This document shows positions 28,422 through 38,659 of a DNA stretch of 64,000 nt, one piece after another. The stretch lies in NCBI GenBank assembly GCA_963775415.1, contig CAVZIO010000007.1, positions 151,707 through 215,706 of the forward strand. The letters are read 5' to 3'. The position numbers and the translations under genes were made by a program. The DNA is from an uncultured Gammaproteobacteria bacterium (GTDB lineage: Bacteria; Pseudomonadota; Gammaproteobacteria; Steroidobacterales; Steroidobacteraceae). The number at the start of each line of letters is the position of its first letter. Position 1 is the stretch's first letter. Below the pieces are notes generated by a model. It saw only the letters and a program-made list of their open reading frames with translations, was not told the DNA's origin and made no database searches.

Positions 28422-29776
28422 AGGGCGGTTCGTTCCAGTTCGACAAGGACTCACTCGCACTGTTGCGCGAGGCCGTCGAACGCATGGAAGCGGGCTTTTC
28501 TTCCCTGCCCGCTTACGATCCGCCGCACGCCGATCCGGCCGCGATGCGCAAGGTGCTGCTCGAAACCGCTTCGCGAATGCACGACAACTTCCCGTACTTT
28601 CACCCGCAGTACGCCGGGCAGATGCTGAAACCGCCGCATCCGATGGCGCGGCTCGCCTACGCGCTCGCGATGTACATCAACCCGAACAACCATGCGCTCG
28701 ACGGCGGGCGCGCGAGTTCGCAGATGGAGAAGGAAGCGGTCACGGAAATCGCCCGGATGTTCGGATGGGAGACGCATCTCGGTCACCTGACCGGCGGCGG
28801 AACGATGGCGAATCTCGAGGCGCTCTGGATCGCGGGGCAGCTGCGACCCGGCGGCGTGATCCTCGCCTCCGACCAGGCGCATTACACTCACGGCCGCATC
28901 AGCAGCGTGCTGAAGCTGCAGTTCGAAAGCGTGCCGACGGACCGATTCGGGCGGATGGACCTGAATGCACTGGAGGATCGGTTGAAGCGCGGCGGCATCG
29001 GGACGGTCGTCTCAACCCTCGGCACGACGGCGACCGGATCCGTCGATCCGCTGCCAGACATCCTGTCGTTACGCGAGCGATATGGCTTCCGGCTGCATGC
29101 AGACTGCGCGTATGGCGGCTACTACACGCTCGCCTCGAATCTCGCGCCACCGGCGCGAGCGGCCTTCGACCGCCTCGGCGGGGTTGATTCCATCGTCATC
29201 GATCCGCACAAGCATGGGCTGCAGCCTTATGGCTGCGGATGCGTGCTGTTTCGCGATCCGGGCGACGGCAGGTTCTACAAGCACGATTCCCCGTATACCT
29301 ATTTCAGTTCCCGGGAACTGCACCTTGGCGAGATCAGCCTGGAGTGCTCGCGACCCGGGGCCGCGGCGGTCGCCCTGTGGGCGACGCAGCGATTGTTGCC
29401 GCTGGTGTGCGGCGGGGAGTTTGCTCAGATGCTCGATGCCTGCCGCACAGGGGCGTTGGCGCTCTACGACGACCTGACGAAGGACGAGCGATTCGTGCCG
29501 GCGTTCGCGCCGGATCTCGACATCGTGGTGTGGACACTGAAGGCTAAAACTGCAGCCGAGTCTTCCGAAGGTGCCCGAGCGCTATTCGCCGAGTCTGCGC
29601 GCAGTGGGCTGCACCTGGCGCTCGCGGAACTTCCCGCGAAGTTCTTCGGGTCGCCGGACGGTGAGTCCGCCCGCGACTCGACAATTACCTGCCTGAGGTC
29701 CGTCGTCATGAAGCCTGATATTTCGGTGCTTCCCTTTCTACCCAGCATTCCGCCAACCGCCCGTCCCTCACCTTGA
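28418..29776 (+). CDS. PLP-dependent decarboxylase-like enzyme (group II decarboxylase / fold type I)
   Basis: GTG 28418 overlaps the upstream stop (GTGA). HLTGGGTMANLEALW, LHADCAYGGY and DPHKHGLQPYGCG (PLP lysine in the HK motif). Confidence 0.8.
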   Translation: MKGGSFQFDKDSLALLREAVERMEAGFSSLPAYDPPHADPAAMRKVLLETASRMHDNFPYFHPQYAGQMLKPPHPMARLAYALAMYINPNNHALDGGRASSQMEKEAVTEIARMFGWETHLGHLTGGGTMANLEALWIAGQLRPGGVILASDQAHYTHGRISSVLKLQFESVPTDRFGRMDLNALEDRLKRGGIGTVVSTLGTTATGSVDPLPDILSLRERYGFRLHADCAYGGYYTLASNLAPPARAAFDRLGGVDSIVIDPHKHGLQPYGCGCVLFRDPGDGRFYKHDSPYTYFSSRELHLGEISLECSRPGAAAVALWATQRLLPLVCGGEFAQMLDACRTGALALYDDLTKDERFVPAFAPDLDIVVWTLKAKTAAESSEGARALFAESARSGLHLALAELPAKFFGSPDGESARDSTITCLRSVVMKPDISVLPFLPSIPPTARPSP

Positions 29777-29781
29777 ATGCC

Positions 29782-30621
29782 TCACGCCTCCATCGGCACG
29801 GCGTTGCCGCTGACGACGATCCCGCCAGCCGCCGGAATTTTCACTTCGAGGCGACTCGACCGCCCCATAGTTTCGCCCTGCAGGATGACGATCGAGGCCG
29901 GCGCCGTGATCAGGCCGGCGTCGCGCAGGTAGCCGCCGAGCGCCGCGGCACCCGCACCGGTGGCCGGGTCTTCGACGACGCCGCCGACAGGGAAAGGATT
30001 TCGCGAGTGAAAGAGGCTCGGCCGCTCACGCCAGACGAGCTGCAGCGTGGTCAGTTCATCTGCCAGCATGAGCGACTTGAGGCGATCGAAATCGTAATCG
30101 AGCGCTGCGAGGCGTTCCGCTGTCTGGACCGCGATGACCAGGTGCCAGATTCCGCCGAACGCACGGACCGGCGGGATTGATGGATCGAGATTGCTCTCGT
30201 TCCATCGCAGCGCCGCCAGCGCATCCCGCAATAAATGGGCCGGCGCCGGCTCGTGACGAGGCGTCACGGAAGTCAGCGCCGCTTCCCATTGTCCCTTCCG
30301 CTGCCGCACGGTAACGGGCACATCGCCGACGTTCGTGGCGAATCGATATTCGCCAGCTCCACAGCTTTGCCCCAGCACGACGCCCGACGCGATGGTCGCA
30401 TGCCCACAGAAATCGATTTCCTTCGCCGGACTGTAGTAGCGCACCGTGCGGGTGAACCCGGATGTCGACGCCAGGAAAGCTGTTTCTGAATAGCCGACCT
30501 CGGCGGCGATGCGCTGCATCTCGGCGATGGGAGGCAGCTCATCTCCGATCCAAACGCCCGCGGGATTCCCGCCCTTCGCGGTTGTCGTAAATGCCGTGTA
30601 GCGATGAATCGTCCCAGGCAT
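29782..30621 (-). CDS. PhzF family isomerase (phenazine biosynthesis protein PhzF-like)
   Basis: FTTTAKGGNPAGVW, GYSETAFL, FCGHATIA and EDPATGAGAAALGGYL motifs. Confidence 0.85.
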   Translation of the reverse strand: MPGTIHRYTAFTTTAKGGNPAGVWIGDELPPIAEMQRIAAEVGYSETAFLASTSGFTRTVRYYSPAKEIDFCGHATIASGVVLGQSCGAGEYRFATNVGDVPVTVRQRKGQWEAALTSVTPRHEPAPAHLLRDALAALRWNESNLDPSIPPVRAFGGIWHLVIAVQTAERLAALDYDFDRLKSLMLADELTTLQLVWRERPSLFHSRNPFPVGGVVEDPATGAGAAALGGYLRDAGLITAPASIVILQGETMGRSSRLEVKIPAAGGIVVSGNAVPMEA

Positions 30622-30624
30622 GGC

Positions 30625-31320
30625 CTACCAGGGAAAGGACTCGCCGTTGTAGTTCAGGAACTTGCCGGAATCCTCCGGCCGCAGCTTCGCGATGACGGAG
30701 CGCAGGGACTGGATGCTCTCCGTCGGTGAAAGTTTTCCGCCCTGCCCGCCCATGTCCGTCCGCACCCAGCCCGGGTGCATCACGATGCAGGTGATCCCGC
30801 GCGATGCGAGATCGATCGAGAGACTCTTCACGACGATGTTCACGGCCGCCTTGGAGCTGCGATACGCGTAGGAGCCACCCGAGGTGTTGTCCTCGATCGA
30901 TCCCATCGCGCTCGTAATTGTGACGATTCGTTTCTGCCCGCCGCGCGCGACGTTGTCGACGAACGCCTCGACGACGCGCATGGGTCCCAGCGTGTTGGCG
31001 TCGAGCACCCGGGTCCAGGCCGCGTAGTCGAGATTGCCGAGTTGCTGGTTGCGCGGGCTGCCGACGCCGGCGTTGTTCAGCAGCAGGTCGATGGGTTCGC
31101 CTTTCAGCCCGGCGGCTGCCGCCCGGACGCTCGTCGTATCCGTCACGTCCAGCTCGAGAACGCGGATGCGCCCGCCGCTCTTGGATGCGAGTTGTTGCAG
31201 TTCTTTTGCGGCGTCCGGCGCCCGGCAGGCCGCGAAAACCCGCCATTCGTCGGCGGCGTACTGGCGCGCGAACTCGAGGCCGAGGCCGCGATTCGCGCCG
31301 GTGACGACTACAGACGGCAT
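30625..31320 (-). CDS. SDR family oxidoreductase
   Basis: VVVTGANRGLGLEF (TGxxxGxG), NNAG and YAYRSSKAA (YxxxK) motifs. ATG at 31320 (MPSVVV) is preferred over 31350. Confidence 0.85.
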   Translation of the reverse strand: MPSVVVTGANRGLGLEFARQYAADEWRVFAACRAPDAAKELQQLASKSGGRIRVLELDVTDTTSVRAAAAGLKGEPIDLLLNNAGVGSPRNQQLGNLDYAAWTRVLDANTLGPMRVVEAFVDNVARGGQKRIVTITSAMGSIEDNTSGGSYAYRSSKAAVNIVVKSLSIDLASRGITCIVMHPGWVRTDMGGQGGKLSPTESIQSLRSVIAKLRPEDSGKFLNYNGESFPW

Positions 31321-31350
31321 GATATTGCCTCCGTCCCGCATTATCCCCAC

Positions 31351-32305
31351 TTACGCCGCTTCCGGCACCGGTACCTTCTGCACATTCCGCTCAAGCCACT
31401 GCCGGAAACTCTGAAGCCCCGGATACAGCTCGTGCGTCTTCGCGACCGGCCTTGAGGCGCAGTATTCCGCCTCGAAGTCGTGATTGAAGTGGAACATGTT
31501 GGCGAGATCCTCGGCACCCGCGAAGCCGAGCTTCGCGTAATCGCCAAAGGGCATTGCGTAGTGCTTCACCGGCTCTCCGAGTGAGCGTGAAAGCGCCGCC
31601 GCCATCTCCGCGCCGCTCAGGTGCTCGCCGGCAATGCCGAAGGTCTGGCTAATCGTCTCCTCGCCGCGCGCGAAAAGCGCGAGGGCAGTCGGTCCGATAT
31701 CCGACGCCGCGATACCTGGGAGCTTCCGGTCGCCCATCGGCAGCACGAATACGAGCTTGCCGTCGGCGTCTCGGCGCGGGCCCATACCGAAGTAGATCAA
31801 GTTGTCCCAGTAGAAGACTGTGCGCAGATACGTCACGGGCAGTCCCGCGAACAGCGCGTCGGCCTCGCCCTTGGCGTCGAAGTGCGGCACCTTGTAGCGG
31901 CCCATCAGTGTCGGCATACGCGAATCCGTGAGTGGTACGTACTTGCGCGTGTCTTCGAGTGTGGACCAGAGTATGTGCGCGATGCCCGCTTTCTTCGCGG
32001 CGCGTGCGATGTTGCCCGCCTGCGCAAGTTCGCGCTCCGGCGACATGTGCTCCCAGAAATTGGTCACGGCAAAGACGCCCTGCGCGCCCGTGAACGCGCG
32101 GGCGAGCGAGTTTTCGTCGTCGAGGTCGGCCGCGACCAGCTTCTGCGCCCTGTGTGGCAAGCGCGCGCGCAGCGACACCGTCGACCTTGCGCGTAAGCGC
32201 GCGCACGGCGAAGCGCTTCGCGGGATTGTTGAGGATCGCGCGCGCGAGGCCGCCGCCCTGGGCGCCGGTGGCGCCGATGACGGCAATGACAGGCTTACTC
32301 GGCAT
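31351..32305 (-). pseudogene. NmrA/HSCARG family NAD(P)-binding protein, single frame disruption
   Basis: N-terminus from ORF 31649..32305 (PVIAVIGATGAQGGGLARAIL...ALATQGAE). The rest is from ORF 31351..32373 (LVAADLDDENSLARAFTGAQGVFAVTNFWEH...). One extra base near 32140 (GAA G CTG). Confidence 0.8.
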
Positions 32306-32326
32306 CGTGTTCTCCTTGGGAAATCG

Positions 32327-32914
32327 TTACTGGGCCGCGAGCGCTGCCGGTGGCGGCAGCGGCTCGGGCACACGGTTTTTCACGGCGGGATGGACCGGAG
32401 GTAGGCGAAGATCGCCTCGAGGTCCTCGTCGTTCAGGTGCTTGTACATCGGGATTGGCATCGGCGGCAGGATCGGCCGCCCGCGGCCCATGTGCCGGCCG
32501 GTGCGGATCGTGTCCTTGAAGTTCTGGAAGGTCCAACGGCCGAGCCCCGTGTCCGGATCGGGCGTCAGGTTCGCCGTGAAGCTCACGCCCCAGGGGCCGG
32601 ACCAGGCGGTGGTCGTGGCGGCAACCGACGATCAGCCACGGTCCTTCGGGCAGCTTCGGCGCCGGCGGCATCACGAGCTGCTCGGGGTGGCCCGAGAGCA
32701 TGCGGCTCGAGGTCGGGCTCGGGGCCGTTCGGCCCAGCTTCAGCGGCGTGTGGCAATCGTTGCAGCCGGGAGTCGTGACAAGGTATTTGCCGCGCGCGAC
32801 CTGCGCGGCGTCCTGCGTGCGACGGCGGATTCCTCGGCGTGCGCGAGCGACGAGCGCGCAAGCACGAGCGACGCTGCCAAGAGCGGTGCGATCGCATGGT
32901 AGTGAACGGTTCAT
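32327..32914 (-). pseudogene. periplasmic c-type cytochrome (single CNDCH motif), at least four frame disruptions
   Basis: GGAGAG RBS plus ATG at 32914. The signal peptide (HAIAPLLAASLVLARSSLAHA) is in another frame. ARGKYLVTTPGCNDCHTPLKLG is in the frame of ORF 32327..33052. FTANLTPDPDTGLGRWTFQNFKDTIRTGRHMGRGRPILPPMPIPMYKHLNDEDLEAIFAYLRSIPP is in ORF 32380..32586. The tail VKNRVPEP is back in the first frame. Confidence 0.7.
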
Positions 32915-33978
32915 GGTGCTTCTCTCCTGAGTGGTTCGTTCGATGTCCTGTTCGATCCAGCGCTCGATCAGCGCGATGGCCTCGACATCGGGTTTGGCAC
33001 GTGCCGAGCGGCGGCATCTGGATGCGCGGATCGCGCGAGCGCATGCGCGCAAGAAGCGTTCCCGCCTGCGCGTTGCCCGGCACGACGAGCCGCGCGATCC
33101 GCAGCGCCCTGCGGCGCGATAGCGGCTCTCGCTGGCGATCAGCGGTGCGAATCACGCGTTCGCCGGCGGCCGGATCCGCCGGGTCCAGCGCGAAGCTGCA
33201 ACTCGACCGGCACCGCGGCGCCCGTCAGCTTCGAATCCGCGTGGCAGTGGCCGCAGTTGGCGTTGCAGATAACCGAGCGCCGCGCGCCCCGCGGGCGTCG
33301 GCGCTGCGATGCGCGGCGGCGTGTCGAACAGCGTTTGCGGCAGACCGTGCAGGCGACCCTCGCGCGCGAGCGCGCGCAATTCGGCGTCGCCGGCGCGCAT
33401 CGGCTCGGCATGCGGCGCGAGCGGGTCGCGGTCGGACGAGAGCTGCAGCGCTGTGAATCCGAGAATCGGTGAGGCCGCGCCCTCATGGCAGGCGCGGCAA
33501 TCGGCCTCGGACGGAATCGTGTAGCGGCCGCCGCCGGGAAGCGGGAGCGACGGAATGCCGTCGGCTGGCGCGAGCGTCGCTTCCGTCTGTTCTCGTTCCA
33601 GACGTAGGCTGCGAAGCGCCAGCCACCGTCCGCAAGCCGCTCGATCAGGCGCGTCTCGACGCGGCGGCCTGCGACCGAAAATTCCTTCCAGAATTTCGTG
33701 CCGACCGGAAAATCCCACGCTGCCGGGCGCGAGCCGTCGATGGCGCCGCCCGGCGGCAGCGAGATCCAGCGCCGCTTCGTCGCGCCGTCGGACCAGAGCG
33801 GGTACTGCGGCGTGAACGACTGCACCCCAGTACGCACGGCATCCAAAGAGTCGGCGACAAAAAGTCCGGTGTCGGTCAGGCGCTCTGGCAGCGGTTCATG
33901 CGCGGACGTCGCGAGTGCGAGCCCGGCCGCGCAGGTGATCGCGGCAGCAAGAACGGCGGTGGCAGCCCCGGTCTTCAT
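32911..33978 (-). pseudogene. secreted protein with two CxxCH motifs and a planctomycete-cytochrome-like C-terminus (TIGR03806/HNE_0200-like?), at least four frame disruptions
   Basis: Collinear pieces. ORF 33139..33978: signal peptide, SFTPQYPLWSDGATKRRWISLP, WRFAAYVWNE. ORF 33152..33718: YTIPSEADCRACHEG...LFDTPPRIAAP. Back in the first frame: NCGHCHADSK. ORF 32583..33155: VVPGNAQAGTLLARMRSRDPRIQMPPLGT. ORF 32327..33052: PDVEAIALIERWIEQD. The 3' end is uncertain. Confidence 0.6.
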
Positions 33979-34043
33979 AGGCCGAGATGCTGCGCGCGAC
34001 CCGGCGCGGCCACATGGCCCGCGCGGAGCCAGTCAGCGGGCCA

Positions 34044-36683
34044 TCAACGAGCCATCGAGCGGTTCTTGCGGTACCAGTCGGCCGCCTGCCTGCGCGAGGA
34101 AATCTCCAGTTTTTCCAGAATGTTGGCGACGTGCCGCTTGACCGTGTGCGGCGAGAGGTCGAGTGCCCGGGCGATCAGCTTGTTGCTCTCCCCGGCCGCG
34201 ATGCGCCCGAGTACGTCGAGTTCGCGGGCCGAGAGCGGCCCGCCGGCCGCCGCGGACTCAGCCGGCGCCATGGGCCCGCCATAGCGCTGCGCCCAGCCGC
34301 GGAGCATCGCAAGCTCGGTCCATTGCAGCTCTTCGCGCCAAGGCGCGCCCGCGACGCGATTTAGCGCGGCGCTGCCGGCGAGGAGCACACCTCCGAGCTC
34401 ACCTGTCTCCGCGACACGCCTCAGGAGCGGTTTCAGCGTGGCCGCGGCTTCGGCACGGCGGCTGAGGTGCAACAGCGCATCTGCATGACGCAATCGCGAT
34501 TCCTCCGCGAGGCCGAGTACGTCGAGCTTCGCCTCGTCCGCCAATAGTCGTTCCCAGATCGCCGCCGCCTCCGTATGGCGGCCATCGTGGGCAGCGAGTC
34601 GCGCAGGGACCGTCGCGAGCGGTGCCTCGATCATTACGTAATTCTTGATCTGCCGCGTGGGTGGAATCAGCGCCGCCTGCTCGCGGAGCACCGTGACGTC
34701 ACCGAGCGTGTCCGCCAGCCGCACAGCCAGGAAGCGATAGTGGCCCAGCATGGACGTCGGCTGCTCGACGGGACCGGACGGGACGAAGCCAGAGAACGCG
34801 TTGAAAATCGTATTCAACGCCCCGAGCACCGGCTCTCGCTCGCCGCGCACCGCATGCACGACCGCGCGCGCGACATTGAGAAACATGATGACCCGCACCG
34901 GCATGCCGAGCCAACGCGCGTCGCTCTCCGCCTGTGCGATGCGTTCGAGCGCCTGCGCAACATCGCCGCGCCACAGCGACTGCCACGCGGACATCACGTG
35001 CGCGATGGCGCGCATCGGTGTCGCGCGGTCGCCGCTTCGGCGCATCACGCCGTTCACGATGCGCGAAATCACCGGCGCCATGCCTGGGAACCAGACGTAG
35101 AGCGTGCGCTGAAGGCAGTGGCCCCAGAGCCGCAGGCGATCGGTGTGCTCGAGCTGCTCGAGCGCCGCCATATAACTGTCGGCCACGCGACGGAAGTCGC
35201 CTGAATCGATGGAGTGCCAGGTGCGCAGCGAGAGCGCGAGCGCGCGCGTCTCGACATCGGCACCTGTGAGGTCGATCGCCTCAAGACGCGCCACCGATTG
35301 GTGGATCAAGCCGCCGCCGACCAGCGCCATGGTTTCGAACACCTGTGTCCGCCGCAGGCGCGCCTGGTCGCCCACAGCGGCAAATCCCTCTCCCGCTCGG
35401 CGCATCGCCTCTGCCATGTCGCGCCATTCCCAGCGCTCCCACGCCGCCTCGCCGCGCAGCACCAGGAGGATCGGTGAGGATTCGCGACGCACCGGCGGGA
35501 ACTGCTCGATCAGGTGTAGCAAAGGCTCCGCCGCGCCGTTGGCCAGCAACGGTTCTGCGGCGACTTCGAGCGCGCGCTCTGCCTCCTCGAGGTCGCCAGC
35601 CCGCAACAAGAAGGTCATGCGCCGCACCGGATCCGGTTCGGTCACCGCCGCGCGACGCAGTTGTTCCGCGTAGGCGTCGGGACGCTCGCGCCGCAGGCGC
35701 TCTTCCAGGAACTCGCGCACGAGGTCATGGAGCGTCAGCACTGGCTCCGGCCCCTCTTGCACAGAGACCGAGAGTCCCCGTCGTTCGATCTCCGCGAGCC
35801 GCTCCGCGGCCCGTTCATCGCCTGTGACGGCCGCGCATCGTTTGGCTGAGAGTTGCGGCAACACCGAACAGCGCAACACGAACTCGCGCAGCTCAGACGG
35901 CATCTCGTCCAGCACTTCCGCTGTCAGGAAATCGAACATGTCACGGTCCATGGCACGTGCGATCGGCGTGCGCCCGCGCTGGTGGGCGCCGATCGCGAGC
36001 CGAAGGCCCGCCGGCCAACCGCCCGTGCGCGCGAGCAGTTGCCTCGCGTCTGGCGCATCGCCGCTGCCCGCGAGCAGCGCCTCGATCTCATCCTGCGTAA
36101 AGCTGAGGTCGGCTTGGCGGAACTCGGCGAGCTCGTCGCGCGCGCGTAGCCTCGTGAGCGGGAGCACGGGCTCGACGCGGCTCGCGATCACGAGGCCCCA
36201 GTGCGTCGGCAGCCGCTCGAGCACGAGACCCAGGAACTCAAACACCGCACGATCCGTGATGCGGTGGGCGTCATCCACTACGATGAGGCCGCGCGACGCC
36301 TCGCTACTGCTGAGCGCGTTGACAAGTCCCGCCGCCGCCGCGCGCCGGTCCGCGCGCTCGTCGACAGCTACTGCGATAAGCGAGTCCGGTTCCGACCGCC
36401 ACGGCAGGTCGAACGGCTCGAGGGCGGCGAAAAGGCTCTGAAGAAATCGATGCAGGTCATCGTCCTCGTCGGCCGCGACCCAGGCGAGGGCCGTGCCTTT
36501 CGGTAATTGAGCGATCTGGCGGGTGAGCGCAGCGGTCTTGCCGAAGCCCGCCGGTGCACACAGCAGTGTCAGTCGTCGATCGGCGAGCGCATCCGCCAAG
36601 CGTTTTTCCAGCCGCACGCGGGCAATCAGACCCGGCCGGGGACGCGGGGGCTGGATCTTGGTGAGGAGGATATGGTGCTCCAC
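34044..36683 (-). CDS. LuxR family transcriptional regulator, MalT-like (P-loop NTPase + TPR-like region + C-terminal LuxR HTH)
   Basis: Intact 879-aa ORF. LLTKIQPPRPRPGLIARVRL, LLCAPAGFGKTA (Walker A), and C-terminal LSARELDVLGRIAAGESNKLIARALDLSPHTVKRHVANILEKL. Confidence 0.9.
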   Translation of the reverse strand: MEHHILLTKIQPPRPRPGLIARVRLEKRLADALADRRLTLLCAPAGFGKTAALTRQIAQLPKGTALAWVAADEDDDLHRFLQSLFAALEPFDLPWRSEPDSLIAVAVDERADRRAAAAGLVNALSSSEASRGLIVVDDAHRITDRAVFEFLGLVLERLPTHWGLVIASRVEPVLPLTRLRARDELAEFRQADLSFTQDEIEALLAGSGDAPDARQLLARTGGWPAGLRLAIGAHQRGRTPIARAMDRDMFDFLTAEVLDEMPSELREFVLRCSVLPQLSAKRCAAVTGDERAAERLAEIERRGLSVSVQEGPEPVLTLHDLVREFLEERLRRERPDAYAEQLRRAAVTEPDPVRRMTFLLRAGDLEEAERALEVAAEPLLANGAAEPLLHLIEQFPPVRRESSPILLVLRGEAAWERWEWRDMAEAMRRAGEGFAAVGDQARLRRTQVFETMALVGGGLIHQSVARLEAIDLTGADVETRALALSLRTWHSIDSGDFRRVADSYMAALEQLEHTDRLRLWGHCLQRTLYVWFPGMAPVISRIVNGVMRRSGDRATPMRAIAHVMSAWQSLWRGDVAQALERIAQAESDARWLGMPVRVIMFLNVARAVVHAVRGEREPVLGALNTIFNAFSGFVPSGPVEQPTSMLGHYRFLAVRLADTLGDVTVLREQAALIPPTRQIKNYVMIEAPLATVPARLAAHDGRHTEAAAIWERLLADEAKLDVLGLAEESRLRHADALLHLSRRAEAAATLKPLLRRVAETGELGGVLLAGSAALNRVAGAPWREELQWTELAMLRGWAQRYGGPMAPAESAAAGGPLSARELDVLGRIAAGESNKLIARALDLSPHTVKRHVANILEKLEISSRRQAADWYRKNRSMAR

Positions 36684-36798
36684 TGACCGTAAGCCTCGCG
36701 TATTTGAGGTGGATTTGGCACCCCCTCCAAAGCCGGGTGGGATTTTGGAGGTCGGCTGAGTAGGCTAGCTACGGGCCCGCCGCGTTCCAGGAGTCCCA

Positions 36799-38343
36799 AT
36801 GGCCACTCGATCTATCGCGTTGCTCGTCGCTTCGCTGCTGGTGCTCGCCGCCTGCGAGCGGTCGAAGGAATCGAAACCCGCGCCGACACCGGCCGCGACG
36901 CCGGCGCCGATCGCAGCCAAGGCTCCCACAGAAACAAGACCTTCCTTCGTCAATACCGTCTGGACAGTCGCCGAGTCGAAGCAGGTGGCACTGGGCGACA
37001 TCCGCGTATTCCTTTCGGACGGCACGCTCGTCATGGCCTCGCCCAACGCGAAGCCGGCGTTCGGAAGCTGGCGCTACGGGGACGGCCGCCTGACGATCGT
37101 CGAGGAGGGCCAGGAGTACCCCGTCGATATCCTCTTCCTGGACGGGCGAACGTTCCGCATCCGGATGCTGAGCCCCGGAGAGCCAGTCGAAATCCTGTTT
37201 GCTCCGGCCGAGCAGGTTTCACCGGACACGATTCAGGCCGCAACGCGCGCCGAAGCCCCGCCCGCGACCGTCGCCCTCTGGGGCACAGCCTGGCGACTCG
37301 AAAACCTCGCGGGCGCCGGCGTCCTCGATCGCGAGCAGGCGACGCTCGAATTTCCGTCCGAGGGCCGCGCAAACGGCAACGGTTCCTGCAATCGCTTCAA
37401 CGGTGTCGTGACTGTCGGGGGCGACATGATCCAGTTCGGCGGAATTGCCTCGACACGCAAAGCCTGCCCGGAAGCGGTGATGCGGCAGGAAGACGTGTAC
37501 TTCACGGCGTTGCGCAGTGCAGAGCGATTCGAGACCGACGGACAGGCGCTCGTGATCTTCGTCGCCGGCAAGCCCGAGCCGCTTCGGTTCGTCGCAATGC
37601 AGGCACCGGCAGCACCCGCCACAAACCAGATCTCGCGCGTGCCCGCCGCGGCTGCGATGCCGACGCTCACCGGTATCTGGACGATCGTCGGACACCACAG
37701 CCCGGGCGTCAGCGCGCTCGGCGACGAACAGGCGCGAGCGCATTACGGAGAAACCGTGCGGCTGGCCGCGAACGCCGCGATCTCATTGGGCAATCGCTGC
37801 AATGAGCCCGGCTATGCCGCACGCAGCGTGCCGGCGGAAACCTTCCTCGCAAGCGAGTTCAAGCTTTCGCCCGGAAACCTCAAGCCACTCGCTGGGCGGA
37901 ATCAGATCCGGCTGATGGAAATCACCTGCGGCGGAGCCGCCTGGAATGCGCTCGGCGCACGGCTGCTCGAGATCGACCGCGATCGGGCGCTCGCGCCCTG
38001 GGATGGCGTTTTCTTCGAGCTCGTCCGCGATCGCGATTTCCGGGCGATCGGGCAGGAGCCCGGCTGGCAACTGGAGATCCGCCAAGGCGCCGAAATGCGC
38101 TTCACCTACGACTATGGCAAAGGCACAGCCATAACGCCGGCAGCCCGCGTAAGCCTTGATTCGAGCACGGGCACGCGGACCTACCATGCCGTGGCCGAGG
38201 CCAATGACCTGCGCGTCGAGATCGTGCCGGTCGCTTGCAATGACGCCATGAGCGGGAGACCCTTCGCAGCGACGGTGACGGTCACGCTCAACGGCCGAGG
38301 CTACCGGGGCTGTGGCGAGGAGCTGAAAACACCCTATCAGTGA
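36799..38343 (+). CDS. lipoprotein with META (HslJ-like) domain and C-terminal COG3650/MliC-like domain
   Basis: Lipobox LVLAAC. LWGTAWRLENLAGAG...ANGNGSCNRFNGVVTVGGDMIQFGGIASTRKACP (META). The C-terminus VACNDAMSGRPFAATVTVTLNGRGYRGCGE is typical of COG3650. Confidence 0.8.
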   Translation: MATRSIALLVASLLVLAACERSKESKPAPTPAATPAPIAAKAPTETRPSFVNTVWTVAESKQVALGDIRVFLSDGTLVMASPNAKPAFGSWRYGDGRLTIVEEGQEYPVDILFLDGRTFRIRMLSPGEPVEILFAPAEQVSPDTIQAATRAEAPPATVALWGTAWRLENLAGAGVLDREQATLEFPSEGRANGNGSCNRFNGVVTVGGDMIQFGGIASTRKACPEAVMRQEDVYFTALRSAERFETDGQALVIFVAGKPEPLRFVAMQAPAAPATNQISRVPAAAAMPTLTGIWTIVGHHSPGVSALGDEQARAHYGETVRLAANAAISLGNRCNEPGYAARSVPAETFLASEFKLSPGNLKPLAGRNQIRLMEITCGGAAWNALGARLLEIDRDRALAPWDGVFFELVRDRDFRAIGQEPGWQLEIRQGAEMRFTYDYGKGTAITPAARVSLDSSTGTRTYHAVAEANDLRVEIVPVACNDAMSGRPFAATVTVTLNGRGYRGCGEELKTPYQ

Positions 38344-38367
38344 TAGTGTCTGCGGCAGAGGGGTCGC

Positions 38368-38643
38368 ATGCACACAGTCATGGTCATCGGCGGCGGGCTG
38401 GTCCTGCTCGCGTTCTTCGTCCTGATCGGACGACAGCTCGGCGGCGGAACTGCGGCGGCGGCCGCGACTGCAGCCGCGTGGTTCATGCCTGTGTGGCTCG
38501 TAGCCGCTGCAATCAACCTGTGGATCGGCGTCAGCCGGGCCGGGTACTCCGTCGCTGAGGAATTGCCCATCGGCCTCGTCGTGTTCGGCGTGCCGGCGGT
38601 AATCGCCGCGGCGATCTGGTGGCGGTTCTCACGGGGAACTTGA
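38368..38643 (+). CDS. small membrane protein (hypothetical)
   Basis: 91 aa with 3 hydrophobic helices and high GC3. Confidence 0.55.
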   Translation: MHTVMVIGGGLVLLAFFVLIGRQLGGGTAAAAATAAAWFMPVWLVAAAINLWIGVSRAGYSVAEELPIGLVVFGVPAVIAAAIWWRFSRGT

Positions 38644-38659
38644 GAGGAATCGAGCAGAC

